Part shown: one piece after another, positions 27,200 to 37,746 of the stretch | How positions within the stretch are numbered: position 1 is the first letter of the stretch | Layout of the letters: the number at the start of each line of letters is the position of its first letter | DNA from: a virus | Strand: one strand, 5' to 3' | IMG/VR virus record: IMGVR_UViG_3300046817_000745 | Location: 8,873-72,872 of that record | DNA length: 64,000 nucleotides | The notes under the pieces: model-generated | What the model saw: the letters and a program-made list of their open reading frames with translations, nothing else | Database searches by the model: none | Told to the model about the DNA's origin: nothing | Position numbers and translations under genes: made by a program

Positions 27200-28611
27200 C
27201 CGATCCGGTGCTGAGCGCAGGCCAGTACTCCATCGACGGACTGGTGTTCGGGTCCGGTCAGATGATCTCGATAGCCAAGACGGAGATCAGCCCCGGTGCC
27301 GCAGTGACACAGGACACCCAGCTGATCGCCAACGACGGAAGACGATTCGGCTTCGACGTGCTGCCCGGGATGGCGGTCATCTTCACCGGGCAGGCGTTCC
27401 AGCAGGGCGATACCGGCCTGGCCCAGATGAACGCGTACGACACCTTCGCCGCCACCTGGGGAAGGAAAGCCGTCCGGCGGACACCCGGGGCGGTCAGCAC
27501 CCTGCGGATGTACTACCGGGGCAGCTCGGTGACCCGGCGGGTGTACGGCAGGGGGCGGGCATGTACGCCGGTCCTCGGCCTGGCCAGCCAGGGGTACATT
27601 CCGTTCACCGCCGAATTCGACTGCGCCGACAGTGTGTTCTACGGAGACGTGCTCAACTCCTTCACCCTGGGCACCGCCTACGCGTTCACCGGTGGCGGCG
27701 TCGCACCGCCGCTCACCCCTCCGGTGGCGCTGGCCGCGGTCCAGACCGCGAACAACATGATTCCCGCGGCGGACAGCGACTTCGAACTGCCCTGGACGGG
27801 GAGCTGGACACCGCAGACGCTGATCTCATCCCTCGGCCAGTCGACCGACTGGGCCGCGATCGGCACGCACTCGATGAAGGCAGCGGTCACCGGAGCGGGC
27901 ACCGCGATCGTCAACTATGCAAATCTGTCGGTGCTTGCCGGGCTGTCCTACGGAGCGGGGCTGCGCGTCCGGGTCAGCTCGGGCAGCGGGACGGCGACGT
28001 TGACCGGGCAATGGCTCAACGGCGCGCTGGGCGTCATCGGGTCCCCGGTCACCTTCGGCACGGCGACGGCGACCACCAGCGGCACGGGGGTCCAAGTCGG
28101 CGGACTGCAGAGTGCCCCGGCCGGGGCGGCATGGCTCACCCTATCCCTCAGCTACGCGGCGGCCGGCGCCGTCAGCTTCTACGCGGACACGGTCATCGTC
28201 ACCCAGGGCGTATATCAGAACAATGCGATCCTGAACTCTGGAACCACTGACACCTGGCCGGTTATCACGATCACGGGTCCGTGCACTAATCCATCGATCA
28301 TCTACCAGGGCAGTTCGACATCGCTTACGCTGCAGACCGCCCTGGCCGCGAATCAGACGGCTGTGATATCCACCGTGCCGTGGAACCGGTACGTCGGAAT
28401 CACCAGCTCGATCGGAGCCGATCCGTACGGATCCGTCGCGGTCGCCGCGTCGCTGTCCGGAGTGGTGCGCGGCAGCCCGCTGGACGCTTTGATGATCCCG
28501 GCCGGATCCTTGACACCGGTCACATACTCAGCTCAAGACCTGACAGGGACATCGCGCTGCACCGTGTCTTGGCGCAATGCTTTCAAGATGCTAGGAGGCT
28601 CGACTCCGTGA
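27196..28611 (+). CDS. Distal tail (Dit-like) protein with inserted carbohydrate-binding-like module
   Basis: Follows the tape measure gene. NMI..ADSDFE...W insertion, then N.GT..TWP.I.I.GP..NP. Confidence 0.7.
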   Translation: MTDPVLSAGQYSIDGLVFGSGQMISIAKTEISPGAAVTQDTQLIANDGRRFGFDVLPGMAVIFTGQAFQQGDTGLAQMNAYDTFAATWGRKAVRRTPGAVSTLRMYYRGSSVTRRVYGRGRACTPVLGLASQGYIPFTAEFDCADSVFYGDVLNSFTLGTAYAFTGGGVAPPLTPPVALAAVQTANNMIPAADSDFELPWTGSWTPQTLISSLGQSTDWAAIGTHSMKAAVTGAGTAIVNYANLSVLAGLSYGAGLRVRVSSGSGTATLTGQWLNGALGVIGSPVTFGTATATTSGTGVQVGGLQSAPAGAAWLTLSLSYAAAGAVSFYADTVIVTQGVYQNNAILNSGTTDTWPVITITGPCTNPSIIYQGSSTSLTLQTALAANQTAVISTVPWNRYVGITSSIGADPYGSVAVAASLSGVVRGSPLDALMIPAGSLTPVTYSAQDLTGTSRCTVSWRNAFKMLGGSTP

Positions 28612-29582
28612 GCTGGGTTCAAGGACTGTGGGCCGTCGATGGGAACACCCTGGACGCATCGCTGTGGCGCCAGCAGCTGTTCGCGTCCACTCTCAAGAGA
28701 TCCGGGATCATGGCCCCCGCGGATCTCAAGGTCACGGCGTTCAGCACACCCGGAGCGGGTGTGAACGTGGCCGGCGGCTCCTGCGTCATCGCCGGCCAGG
28801 AGCTCTCCGGCGGTCAGCAGGGCAGTTACTACGGCTTCAACAACGGGGTGGACGTGGTGACCGTGGCGGCCACCGGAGGATCACCCCGTTCCGACCTGAT
28901 CATCGCCAGGGTCGAAGACCCTACGTTCAGCGGATCATCCTGGCCGTGGAACCCGGCGACACAGAACCTGATCTATTCGCGCGATCTCTCAGGTGTGTCG
29001 TCCAGCGCGACGACCGTACCGGGAGGTACGACCGGCATCCCGCTTGCCCGTATCGACGTACCCGCCAGCACCTCGGCGATCACCAACGCCATGATCACGG
29101 ATCTGCGGGCACTGGCCAACCCGGCTCGGCAGAACGACCTCTACGTCCTGACACCGGTGGCGACGGACGCGATGTCTGCAGCCACGGACAGCAAGACCGT
29201 GATGCGCAACTGGGGGCCGGCGTTCCCCACCGTCTACATCCCGACGTGGGCCGTGCTGATGCGCATGGTCTTCACCGTCTCGGCAAGCCTGGTCGGGGGC
29301 GGCACCTTTGGATGCGCCATCGTGCTGCAGGTGAAGGTCGGACCGTCGATCACGTCGCAGATCAGCGGGATGGGTGACTCGGCGGTGGGTACGAACACCA
29401 TCGGATTCCAGTCGGTCGGTCTTCTCGGCGACACCGTCAACGTGTCCTCGCTGCAGGGACAGACCGTGACAGTGCAGCCGCAGGCCCGGATCATCAACAG
29501 CGCCAGCGTGCAGGGATCGGTGACGATCAACGGAGCCTCTACGGAGACCCTGCAGTGCTACTTCCTCGAAGCGCCACAGTAG
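28608..29582 (+). CDS. Minor tail protein
   Basis: DLKV....PG..V.V..G, R.DLI.ARV.DP and IPLA.I.VP....IT..MI.DLR actinophage minor-tail motifs. Confidence 0.75.
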   Translation: MSWVQGLWAVDGNTLDASLWRQQLFASTLKRSGIMAPADLKVTAFSTPGAGVNVAGGSCVIAGQELSGGQQGSYYGFNNGVDVVTVAATGGSPRSDLIIARVEDPTFSGSSWPWNPATQNLIYSRDLSGVSSSATTVPGGTTGIPLARIDVPASTSAITNAMITDLRALANPARQNDLYVLTPVATDAMSAATDSKTVMRNWGPAFPTVYIPTWAVLMRMVFTVSASLVGGGTFGCAIVLQVKVGPSITSQISGMGDSAVGTNTIGFQSVGLLGDTVNVSSLQGQTVTVQPQARIINSASVQGSVTINGASTETLQCYFLEAPQ

Positions 29583-30878
29583 ATGGCAGAGCAGTGGCAG
29601 TACTTCGCACAGCGCATCCTGGATGGCACGTGGCTGGACCGGGTCGGTGCGCAGATGACGTCCGTCACGATGACCTGGGACCTGGCGACCGACCAGTTCC
29701 AAGGAACGATCACTCCGCAGGACAGGGACCGCACCGCGAGCGACGGGCGTCCGCTCTTCGACGAATGGTCGACTGCGATCTACGCCGTCGAGTCCGGGAT
29801 CATCCGCTGGGGCGGTCTGCTGATCGACTCTGAGTTCACCGGTCCCGGGTGGGTCCTGGGCGCCGTCGGGTTCCGGGGGTACCCGAACGGCAACATGTAC
29901 AACGGGGCCGTCTGGACACAGAACGCCATTGATCCGCTGGACGTGGTCCGCTACATCTGGTCGTACCTACAGACGCAGCCGGGAGGAAATCTCGGACTGG
30001 TCGCGGACACCACAGCCAGCACAGCACGGGTCGGCGCGGCCACCTACGTCACCGCACCGGGGAACCAGAGCCTGACCCAGATCGCGACGGCTGCCAACCT
30101 GACTCTGGCGCAGATCCAGGCACTGAACTCGACAGCGAACCGGAGCGCTAACGGGTACACATACCAGTCGTTGCCCGCAACAGGCAACGTGCCGGCCGGG
30201 GTGCCAGTCATCACCGCGCTCAGTCCGTACACCCTCGCCTGGTACAACGGCACCGACTGCGGGCAAGAGCTGTCCAACCTTGCGCAGAGCGCGCCGTTCG
30301 GCATGTCGGAGTCGCACGCGTGGGCCGACGCGGGCCAGAACACCGTGTCCCACAGGCTGGTACTCGGATACCCGCGGATCGGCACGCGGCAGCAGAACCT
30401 GCGCTTCGTCGAGGGCGAGAACATCACCGCGCTGGTCGACGTATCCCGCAACGGGGTCGACTACGCCAACGAACTGCTCGGGATCGGCGCAGGCACTGGC
30501 TCGGCCGCGGTCCGGACCACAGTCGGGTCACCGGATCCGTACCGGCTCAGGCGGTGCGGATCAGTCGTCAACCAGATGATCACCGACGCAGGCCAGCTCT
30601 CGTCCCTCGCCCAGCGGATGCTGACGACGCTGCAGGCCCCCCTGGCAGGCCAGATCGGTAGCTGCACCTGGCTGAACCATCCGAACGCGCCGCTCGGAAG
30701 CTTCGCCCAGGGAGACGACGTCCTGATCTCGGTGAAGAACGGATGGTTGGCCGGACAGGACATCTGGCACCGGATCACGTCGTACACGTACAACCCGGCG
30801 ACCATGACCGGGACACTCACCATGGCCCGCAGTGATTCCTTCACCTATGAGCCGTCCGCGACTACGGTGACAGCATGA
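29583..30878 (+). CDS. Tail hub/Tal-like protein with LysM-like insertion
   Basis: IRWGG, R.G.....LRF.EGENI, N...G.GAG.G. LysM-like YVT.PG..SL..IA....L.L..IQ.LN. Confidence 0.75.
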   Translation: MAEQWQYFAQRILDGTWLDRVGAQMTSVTMTWDLATDQFQGTITPQDRDRTASDGRPLFDEWSTAIYAVESGIIRWGGLLIDSEFTGPGWVLGAVGFRGYPNGNMYNGAVWTQNAIDPLDVVRYIWSYLQTQPGGNLGLVADTTASTARVGAATYVTAPGNQSLTQIATAANLTLAQIQALNSTANRSANGYTYQSLPATGNVPAGVPVITALSPYTLAWYNGTDCGQELSNLAQSAPFGMSESHAWADAGQNTVSHRLVLGYPRIGTRQQNLRFVEGENITALVDVSRNGVDYANELLGIGAGTGSAAVRTTVGSPDPYRLRRCGSVVNQMITDAGQLSSLAQRMLTTLQAPLAGQIGSCTWLNHPNAPLGSFAQGDDVLISVKNGWLAGQDIWHRITSYTYNPATMTGTLTMARSDSFTYEPSATTVTA

Positions 30879-33800
30879 TCGACAGCCAGCTAGCCGCGGC
30901 GGTCGCTTCGCTCATGGACGAAGTGAAGAGACTGCAGGGACAGGTCAAGGGGATGCAGCTGTCCCAGACCCGCAGCCAGCTGGGCCATTCCAGCATCGAC
31001 GACGGGTCACTCGCCGTCATCAGCGGCGGGTCGGTCCGACAGATCATCGGCCTGCAGAGCGACGGCACGGTCACCACCGTCGACCAGAACGCGCCTGCCC
31101 CGCCGGTGCCTTCGACGCCGACCGTCACACCCGCGCCAGGGGGGCTGACGGTCGCATGGGACGGCTTGTTCTCCGGCGGCTCGGCGCGGCCGCTCGATTT
31201 CGCCGACGTCGAGGTGCACGTCTCCATCACCCCGGCTTTCACTCCGAACAGCACCACGCTGCGCGGCACGATGATCAAGGCCGGACAGGTCACCGTGCAA
31301 CCGCTGGCATCCACCACCACCTACTACGCCGGCTTGGTCGCGGTCAACACCTCGGGCAACAAGAGCACGGTGAGCACTGAGGTAGCAGGGGTACCTCAGA
31401 CGGCTCTGATCTCACCGGTCACCGCCAGTGAGATCGGGTACATCGGCGTTCTGAACGCCAATCCGTACCTGACGGGCGGCGACGGCACCGGCTGGGCATC
31501 AGGCGGCGGGACACCGGGATCCGCCATCATCGTCACGAGCCCGTCCGCTGAACCGCCGTACACGTACACACAGCGTCCGGTTTCGCACATCGCCGGTGCT
31601 TCCGCCGCGTCACGTGTCGTCGGGACGCCGGTACAGCCGCCTCCCGTACTCATGACCATCTCGCCGACGGTGGTGCCCCTGGCAGGGGCAGGCGTCCCGG
31701 GAGTATCCGGCACGGTCAGCGTCGTCACCAGTCAGCCCGCCGGATCGCCCTACACGTATGCGCTGCAGCTGGTCTCCAACACTGCGGGCGGGGGCACCGC
31801 CTACGAGCCGGGGCCGCCTGCGTTCCCTGCGATCCCCGGGCAGCAGTACCTGGTAACCGGCCTGTTCTACACACCGGCAACGTCCGTCTCTCTCGGGTTG
31901 TCGTTCTTCCTCAATGGTGTGTGGATCTGTGACGTCACCCAGGTGACACCCGTCTCCGCGAACACCTGGACGCAGGTTGCGGCGGTGGTCACCGCACCGT
32001 CCGGATCCAACTCGGCGGGCCCCGTATTCTTCACCCCGGGCCAATTCAGCCAGTACACCATGTACGGCCAGGCAGTCACCGCACTGCCACAAGTCCCCGG
32101 CGCGCTGATCCAGGCGGGGACAGTCTCCGCAATACAGATCGCGGCCGGGACAGTGGTCGCCGGGATCATCGACGGAACCACGGTCGAAACCGCCACGCTT
32201 GTTCTGGACACATCGGGCGTAGGCACGGGCGAGTTCGTCTACAACGGCGTGGGCACCTTCGGCAACTTGATCGGGTCGTGGGCGGCCGCGGCCGGCATCG
32301 ACGCGTTCGGGAACCCGTACCCTGCCGGGTTGACTGCGACTCAGGGGCAGTTGACGGGTATCGGAGTCGTCCAGGCAGACATCATCCAAAGCATCCTCGA
32401 GGCATGCACCGTCAACAATGCCCTGATCAACGGTCCCAGTGTCGTGGGCGGAACCTCTCTGGAGACCGCCATCGTCTTCGACACGATCGGCGGAAACCTG
32501 CTGATCTACGCGAAGAGCACTGCGTCGACCACGCTCACTGGCGAGGGGACGTGGACTGCTCCGGCCGGGTCATCCGGAACCGCCAAAATCGAGTGTTGGG
32601 GCGCGGGAGGCGGAGCCGGAAACAACGCCTCGGGCGCGGGAGGCGGTGGCGGCGGAGGCGGGGAATACGCCTGCGAGCCCACCTACCCGGTCGTAGCGGG
32701 ACAGGTATACACGTACAACACGGGGGTGGGCGGTAGCGGAACCACCAACGGGGCAGGCGGCAACGGAAACGACACCTGGTTCGACGCAGGGAACGTATAT
32801 GCACACGGCGGCCATGGCGGCGGCACGAACCCGACCGGTTTCTGGGTCGGGTCCCCGGGAGGGACCGGCTCTGCCAACACCACCCGTTTCAACGGCGGCA
32901 ACGGCGGCAACGGCTTCGGGCCCAACGGAGGCGGTGGCGGCGGAGGCAGCAGCGCGGGCCCGGCTGCAGTCGGAGGATCCGGGCACGACGCGAGCGGGGG
33001 GACAGGAGGAGCCGGCGGGACGGCGCCCACAGGCGGTGGCACCGGCGGGGCTGCGGGGAACAACACCGCAGCAGGAAACGCCGGCACCGTTCCCGGCGGC
33101 GGTGGCGGCGGGTCGGGCACCAACGGAGGATCCAGCAGCAGAACCGATGTGTTCCACCCCACGGGGACATACTCCTACTACGGTGCCGACAACACCGAGG
33201 GATTCCCCCGAACCCTAAGCAACACCAACGGGAACATGCAGCAGGGGTGCCCCAACGACTCCAACCTCGGGACGTTCTTCAGCTTCGCGCATTACAACTC
33301 ATCGAATATCGTGAGCACGCTGAGTGGCAGAACGATCGACGCGGTGAGTATCACCGTTGACTGTCTGCATTCTTGGTACAACTCGGGAATGACCGTGTAC
33401 CTGGACTATTCAGGCGTCAGCTCATTCCCGTCACCTATCTCAATCCCCGGCTCGACACACATCGGAAGCTACGGGATCGGAGAGGGACAAACAGAGACGA
33501 TCTCCGTTCCGAACAGCGTCGGAGCAGCGTTCCAGAGCGGCGCAGCCCAGAGCCTGTACTTCCACGGGCCCAACCAGGGCTTGGCATACTCCGGATTCTT
33601 CCAGGGCGGCACCGGAGGGAATGCACCACACCTGAACGTCGCCAGCCATGCGGGGTCGAGCCCGGTTCCGTCAGGTAACGGCGCAGACGGGCAGCTGAAG
33701 ATCACCTACGTCAACTCGGTGGTCCTGGTGGCATCGTTCTCCGGAGTGGCGTTCACCGACGCATACGGGAACTCGATCCCGGTCGGCATGATGGTGAACA

Positions 33801-34186
33801 CGGTCAAGGCGATCCAGCCGGGGTCGAGCCCGGCCGTGGCGGAGACCTGGCACACCTTGACCCTCAAGGCCGGATTCTCCAGCAACGGGTCCCCGGCGCC
33901 ACCGTGCAGCTACCAGTTCGAACCCGCCGGAGGCGGGCGGGTGCGCCTGAGAGGCAGAGTGAATCTCACGGCCAATCAAGTAGCCGGCGCACCGTTCGCC
34001 GATATCCCGGCGAACTATACCCCGGTGTTCAACCATGAGATGCAGTGCAGCAACACCCTCAGCGGAATCACGGCGGGTAGAGGACCGATATACACGGACT
34101 CAGCATCCAATCAATTGAAGCTGACCGTGGCTGGAACCAGTGGTAATTTCATTTACCTGGACGGCGTCGTCTTCGACATCGACTAA
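30875..34186 (+). CDS. Tail fibre/receptor-binding protein (FN3, CBM-like, Gly-rich)
   Basis: FN3-like P..P.V......L.V.WDG...YY..LVAVN.SGN.S. Long Gly-rich domain beginning IECWGAGGG. Confidence 0.8.
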   Translation: MIDSQLAAAVASLMDEVKRLQGQVKGMQLSQTRSQLGHSSIDDGSLAVISGGSVRQIIGLQSDGTVTTVDQNAPAPPVPSTPTVTPAPGGLTVAWDGLFSGGSARPLDFADVEVHVSITPAFTPNSTTLRGTMIKAGQVTVQPLASTTTYYAGLVAVNTSGNKSTVSTEVAGVPQTALISPVTASEIGYIGVLNANPYLTGGDGTGWASGGGTPGSAIIVTSPSAEPPYTYTQRPVSHIAGASAASRVVGTPVQPPPVLMTISPTVVPLAGAGVPGVSGTVSVVTSQPAGSPYTYALQLVSNTAGGGTAYEPGPPAFPAIPGQQYLVTGLFYTPATSVSLGLSFFLNGVWICDVTQVTPVSANTWTQVAAVVTAPSGSNSAGPVFFTPGQFSQYTMYGQAVTALPQVPGALIQAGTVSAIQIAAGTVVAGIIDGTTVETATLVLDTSGVGTGEFVYNGVGTFGNLIGSWAAAAGIDAFGNPYPAGLTATQGQLTGIGVVQADIIQSILEACTVNNALINGPSVVGGTSLETAIVFDTIGGNLLIYAKSTASTTLTGEGTWTAPAGSSGTAKIECWGAGGGAGNNASGAGGGGGGGGEYACEPTYPVVAGQVYTYNTGVGGSGTTNGAGGNGNDTWFDAGNVYAHGGHGGGTNPTGFWVGSPGGTGSANTTRFNGGNGGNGFGPNGGGGGGGSSAGPAAVGGSGHDASGGTGGAGGTAPTGGGTGGAAGNNTAAGNAGTVPGGGGGGSGTNGGSSSRTDVFHPTGTYSYYGADNTEGFPRTLSNTNGNMQQGCPNDSNLGTFFSFAHYNSSNIVSTLSGRTIDAVSITVDCLHSWYNSGMTVYLDYSGVSSFPSPISIPGSTHIGSYGIGEGQTETISVPNSVGAAFQSGAAQSLYFHGPNQGLAYSGFFQGGTGGNAPHLNVASHAGSSPVPSGNGADGQLKITYVNSVVLVASFSGVAFTDAYGNSIPVGMMVNTVKAIQPGSSPAVAETWHTLTLKAGFSSNGSPAPPCSYQFEPAGGGRVRLRGRVNLTANQVAGAPFADIPANYTPVFNHEMQCSNTLSGITAGRGPIYTDSASNQLKLTVAGTSGNFIYLDGVVFDID

Positions 34187-34214
34187 GCCAGACAAGACAA
34201 CACGAGGAGTCCGC

Positions 34215-34499
34215 ATGACGATAAACCCGCCCAACTTCGGGGCGTTCCAGCTGCAGCTGACGCAGGCCGTTCTGGATGTCAGGAACGCGATGGACCAGGC
34301 GAACAACCTGAACGACTACATCGTCTCGGAAGGTGGAGGCACCTTCCTGACCGGCCTCGGGTTCAGCACTGCCGACGCCGCAGTCGTCACCAGCACCTTC
34401 GCCAACCTCGCATCTCTGACCGCCGTCTACAAGGGCGGTACGCCAGGCGCGGCATTCAACTACCGGGCCAACGGAAACCTGCTCTGGTCGGGCAACTAA
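34215..34499 (+). CDS. Hypothetical protein
   Basis: GAGGAG RBS. Confidence 0.75.
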   Translation: MTINPPNFGAFQLQLTQAVLDVRNAMDQANNLNDYIVSEGGGTFLTGLGFSTADAAVVTSTFANLASLTAVYKGGTPGAAFNYRANGNLLWSGN

Positions 34500-34548
34500 G
34501 CGCAGCCGCTCGACGGCTACGCTCGGCTCTACGTAAGGAGAGACGACA

Positions 34549-35019
34549 ATGGCTGAGCATCTATACGAAGTCGGCTGGACGTACACGTCCGGCGCGGCTG
34601 CCCATGCGATCGGAGAGATCATCCCGGCGACGCTCGCCACGAATAAGCGTCCTCCGGAGATCCGCGAAATCGGGATGTTCATCAACACGCCCGGGGCGGG
34701 TGTCGCCCAGATCGGTATCGGCCAGCCCGCGGCCATCGGTATCACCCCGGGCACGCTGGCCACCGCCCAGGCCACCGCCACCTACGACACGATCGCGGGC
34801 AACACCACGGTTGCGGGAAGTTGGGGCACCGCGCCGACTGTGCCGGGCACATTTCGGCGCCGGGCAGATCTTCAGGCCGTGGCCGGGGCCGGGCTCATCT
34901 GGACCTGGAACCCGGGTGAGTTCGTCCTGTGGTCTGGAGCCGCCATCAACACGATCGTTCTGTGGCAATTGTCCGCACAGGTCGTCATCTACGACTTGTA
35001 CATCAAGGTCGCCGAGTAG
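34549..35019 (+). CDS. Hypothetical, possibly virion protein
   Basis: AAGGAG RBS, beta-rich. Confidence 0.75.
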   Translation: MAEHLYEVGWTYTSGAAAHAIGEIIPATLATNKRPPEIREIGMFINTPGAGVAQIGIGQPAAIGITPGTLATAQATATYDTIAGNTTVAGSWGTAPTVPGTFRRRADLQAVAGAGLIWTWNPGEFVLWSGAAINTIVLWQLSAQVVIYDLYIKVAE

Positions 35020-35071
35020 CTGCAGATGTGCTGAGTGGAACTAGTCGCACCTCCGAGAGAGAAGGCAAGGA

Positions 35072-35362
35072 GTGGGATGGCTGACTGGATTGACTCGCTT
35101 CTGGCGCGAGCTGCTGCGCGACATTCTGCTTACCGGATCGGGCCTGGCAGTGGTGGGAAGCCAGGTCGTATCGGCCCAGCCGAGCCCGCTGCTCATCGGG
35201 GCCGGCCTCAGCCTCACGTTCCCGTCTACGTTCGTGAAGATCCGCGAGATCCTGATCTCCCCCTCTGGTACCGAGGGTGTATCTGGGCCACCATCGGAGC
35301 CGCCTGGGCCGGCGCCGTCGTCGGTGCCGTCCGGGCCACGGTCGGGGGGCGCTGGTGAATAG
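35072..35362 (+). CDS. Membrane protein, holin candidate
   Basis: Two hydrophobic segments at the end of the late operon. Confidence 0.55.
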   Translation: MGWLTGLTRFWRELLRDILLTGSGLAVVGSQVVSAQPSPLLIGAGLSLTFPSTFVKIREILISPSGTEGVSGPPSEPPGPAPSSVPSGPRSGGAGE

Positions 35363-35705
35363 GCTCTGGGAGCACTTACGACTCGGGCCGATGACCGGTG
35401 GCGCGAAAAAAGGACTGCTCTACATCGTGGGGCTGGGCATTCTCATCAACGCCGGGGTGTACTTCCTGTCCGTCAGATCGGTGAACTCCCTGGCGGTGCA
35501 GCAACACGCACAGTGCAAGTTCTACGACGACCTCGGCAGTTCACCGATCACAGCCGTGCCGGGTGCCAAGGCGTCGATCCTCGGCGTGTCGCTTGTGTCG
35601 GATGCCAGGGTGGCGTGGCACCGGCTCGGCTGTTCCGGCACGCAACAGCCTGCCGCGCCATCGTTCCTGCAGTGGGCCGCATACTACAAATTGCCCGCTG
35701 ATTGA
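35355..35705 (+). CDS. Single-TM membrane protein (lysis accessory candidate)
   Basis: TM helix, then a C...LGC extracellular domain, typical of actinophage lysis cassettes. Confidence 0.6.
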   Translation: MNRLWEHLRLGPMTGGAKKGLLYIVGLGILINAGVYFLSVRSVNSLAVQQHAQCKFYDDLGSSPITAVPGAKASILGVSLVSDARVAWHRLGCSGTQQPAAPSFLQWAAYYKLPAD

Positions 35706-35717
35706 TAGCGTGAGCAT

Positions 35718-35990
35718 ATGAGCAGGCAGGACAGCCGAGTAGTCGAACGCACCGTCGCGGCGCTGGAGACGCTACTGGCTTCCGGCGTCCGGCAGGTGGA
35801 CGTGCGCCGCGTGCTCGTGCTGCTCGGCCGGCCCGCGCCAGAGCCGAACGGCGCGCCCGAGCCGCGCCCGCAACTCGACCCGCGTGCAGATCCGCTGACC
35901 GGCTGCCTGCCGGTGACCGCACAGGGAGGACACAGTGACAGCTCAGACGAGAAAAAGCCCCGCACCCGCCAAGTCGGCTTCCGCGGCTGA
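35718..35990 (+). CDS. Hypothetical protein
   Basis: ORF only. Confidence 0.45.
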   Translation: MSRQDSRVVERTVAALETLLASGVRQVDVRRVLVLLGRPAPEPNGAPEPRPQLDPRADPLTGCLPVTAQGGHSDSSDEKKPRTRQVGFRG

Positions 35991-36204
35991 ATCCAAGGCC
36001 GCTAAGAAGCACACGCGAGCTGCGGACCCCGAGCCCACACACCGGGTGGTCCGGGAGATCGTGATCGGCGGCACGTCGCGCGCCGTCGGAGATCTGGTGC
36101 ACCTGGACGGGCTGAACGCGGCCGAGCTGGAGAGTCACGGGTACGTGGTCAAGGCGCAAACGGCGGAGCCGGGCGACGGGAACGACCCGACACCCGGCTC
36201 CTAG
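35935..36204 (+). CDS. Hypothetical protein
   Basis: GGAGGA RBS before GTG. VGD.V.L....A.EL...GYV motif. Confidence 0.65.
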   Translation: MTAQTRKSPAPAKSASAAESKAAKKHTRAADPEPTHRVVREIVIGGTSRAVGDLVHLDGLNAAELESHGYVVKAQTAEPGDGNDPTPGS

Positions 36205-36212
36205 TGGGTTGA

Positions 36213-36407
36213 TCAGAGGACGAATTCGTCGAAGTCGCCGCGGCGGACGCCCTCGATGAACGCCGCGAGCTTCTCCGGCGTGGTCGCCACGATCGCGTTC
36301 GGCTCGTCGGACTCCCGGATCAGGATGATCCCGGCGTCCTGCCGGGCCATCTCCAGGCAGTTGCCCTGCGAGTTGCTCGCGCTCGACTTCTTCCACTCAA
36401 TGACCAT
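36213..36407 (-). CDS. DUF397 family protein
   Basis: WKKSSAS...GNCLEMA......IRES..P.......PE..AAFI.GVR.GDFD. Confidence 0.9.
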   Translation of the reverse strand: MVIEWKKSSASNSQGNCLEMARQDAGIILIRESDEPNAIVATTPEKLAAFIEGVRRGDFDEFVL

Positions 36408-36454
36408 GCGTGTTCCCTTCCTCAGCCGGCCGGGGCTCTCCCGGCCGGACGCTC

Positions 36455-36748
36455 TCACCCGTACCGGCTGCGGGCACGGTCGATGCCCCGCTGCACCGTC
36501 TTGACGTCTTTGCGCAGCGCGGCCGCCAGCGGGAGGGCAGCCGTGCGTGAGCCGCCCTCGGCCAGGATGTACGCCAGCGTCACATCCGACATGGTGTGCG
36601 GGGTCGGGACGCCCGCGAGCAGTCGCATGGCCACCACTTCATCGGCAGGGCCGTGCACGGTGTCGACGGTCAGTCCGTCCGATGGGATGCGGCGGGCGGA
36701 CTTGAGCCGGGCCGCGCTGATCCGGCCGGTATCCGTGTCGATGCTCAT
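36455..36748 (-). CDS. Hypothetical protein with C-terminal HTH-like segment
   Basis: LAAALRKDVKTVQRGI. Confidence 0.6.
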   Translation of the reverse strand: MSIDTDTGRISAARLKSARRIPSDGLTVDTVHGPADEVVAMRLLAGVPTPHTMSDVTLAYILAEGGSRTAALPLAAALRKDVKTVQRGIDRARSRYG

Positions 36749-37233
36749 GCGGCACCGCCGCTGAGTCTGCGGTCCGACACGGACAGCTTGCGCCGGGTGT
36801 TGCTCTCCAGTTCGTCGATCTCCGAGGAGTACAGCCCCTCGTGGTGCCCGCGGTCGAGGTGGACCGGCTGCTCGGGAAAGGCGCGCTCCCACGCCCGGAA
36901 GTACAGCCCGCCCAGGGCTCCGTGCAGCGGGATTTTGATGCTGACCCCGTAGCAGATGCAGACGATCTCCGCCCAGGTCCCGGGCCGGGTGTCCTGTCCG
37001 GCCGCCACTCGCTCGAGCAGTTCGCGGGCGTGCGACCGGTAGACGAACTCGGTGTCCATCAGCGCGTGCGTCGGGATCACCAGCCGGAAACCACGCCAGA
37101 GCTGCGCGGCACACTCCGGATGCCGCTCCTGCGCGGCGGCGATCTCCTCCTCGGCCCACACCAGCTGGCCAAGCGGACCGCGCAAATCAGAAATCGTGCC
37201 TTTGACCAGTTCGTCGAGTTCGGTGTCAGCCAT
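36745..37233 (-). CDS. Hypothetical phage protein
   Basis: VYRSH.RELL.RV..G.DTRP.T.AE motif, operon packing. Confidence 0.75.
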   Translation of the reverse strand: MADTELDELVKGTISDLRGPLGQLVWAEEEIAAAQERHPECAAQLWRGFRLVIPTHALMDTEFVYRSHARELLERVAAGQDTRPGTWAEIVCICYGVSIKIPLHGALGGLYFRAWERAFPEQPVHLDRGHHEGLYSSEIDELESNTRRKLSVSDRRLSGGAA

Positions 37234-37234
37234 C

Positions 37235-37717
37235 TCAGGCTCCGATCAGGTCGGTCAGGTGCACGCGCGGGGCCTTGCGGCTCTTGGGCGCGCGGGGGTC
37301 GGGCATCTGGTAGACGTCGATCACGGCGTCGAGCAGTTCACGGTCCTCGGCGCGGTAGCCGGACACGCGCAGCAGCTGCAGCCCGCGGCGTCCTGCGGCG
37401 GCCAGGCCGATCTGCGCCGGGCCGGCGCCGTCGTGCGTCTCGCGCCACACGGCGGCCGTCTTGCGCCCGACCGGACTGGCGTAGCGGCGCACCAGGTCGC
37501 CGTCGGCTCCGCGCTCGCGCAGCTGCTCGGCGACGGTCAGGACGCCTTCGGCGGCGTTGACGCGGTTGGCCAGTCGGAGCAGGACATCACGGCGACGGGC
37601 CGGGGAGTCGAAGGATCCGACCCGGGCGCGCGCGGCGCGGCCGGTGCGTGCGGGTGCGGCCTTGGCCTGGCGGTCGCGCGGAGGGCAGATGTTGCGGGCG
37701 ATGTCACTGTACGACAT
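37235..37717 (-). CDS. Hypothetical basic protein
   Basis: Preceded by the TCAGGGAAGA motif. Confidence 0.7.
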   Translation of the reverse strand: MSYSDIARNICPPRDRQAKAAPARTGRAARARVGSFDSPARRRDVLLRLANRVNAAEGVLTVAEQLRERGADGDLVRRYASPVGRKTAAVWRETHDGAGPAQIGLAAAGRRGLQLLRVSGYRAEDRELLDAVIDVYQMPDPRAPKSRKAPRVHLTDLIGA

Positions 37718-37746
37718 TTCGATCTTCTTCCCTGATCTGTCTCGGA

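Noticed and set aside
32570-33170. GGC-rich repeats as a tandem-repeat or diversity-generating locus
   Set aside because: Explained by the Gly-rich fibre domain. No reverse transcriptase or template/variable repeat pair was seen.
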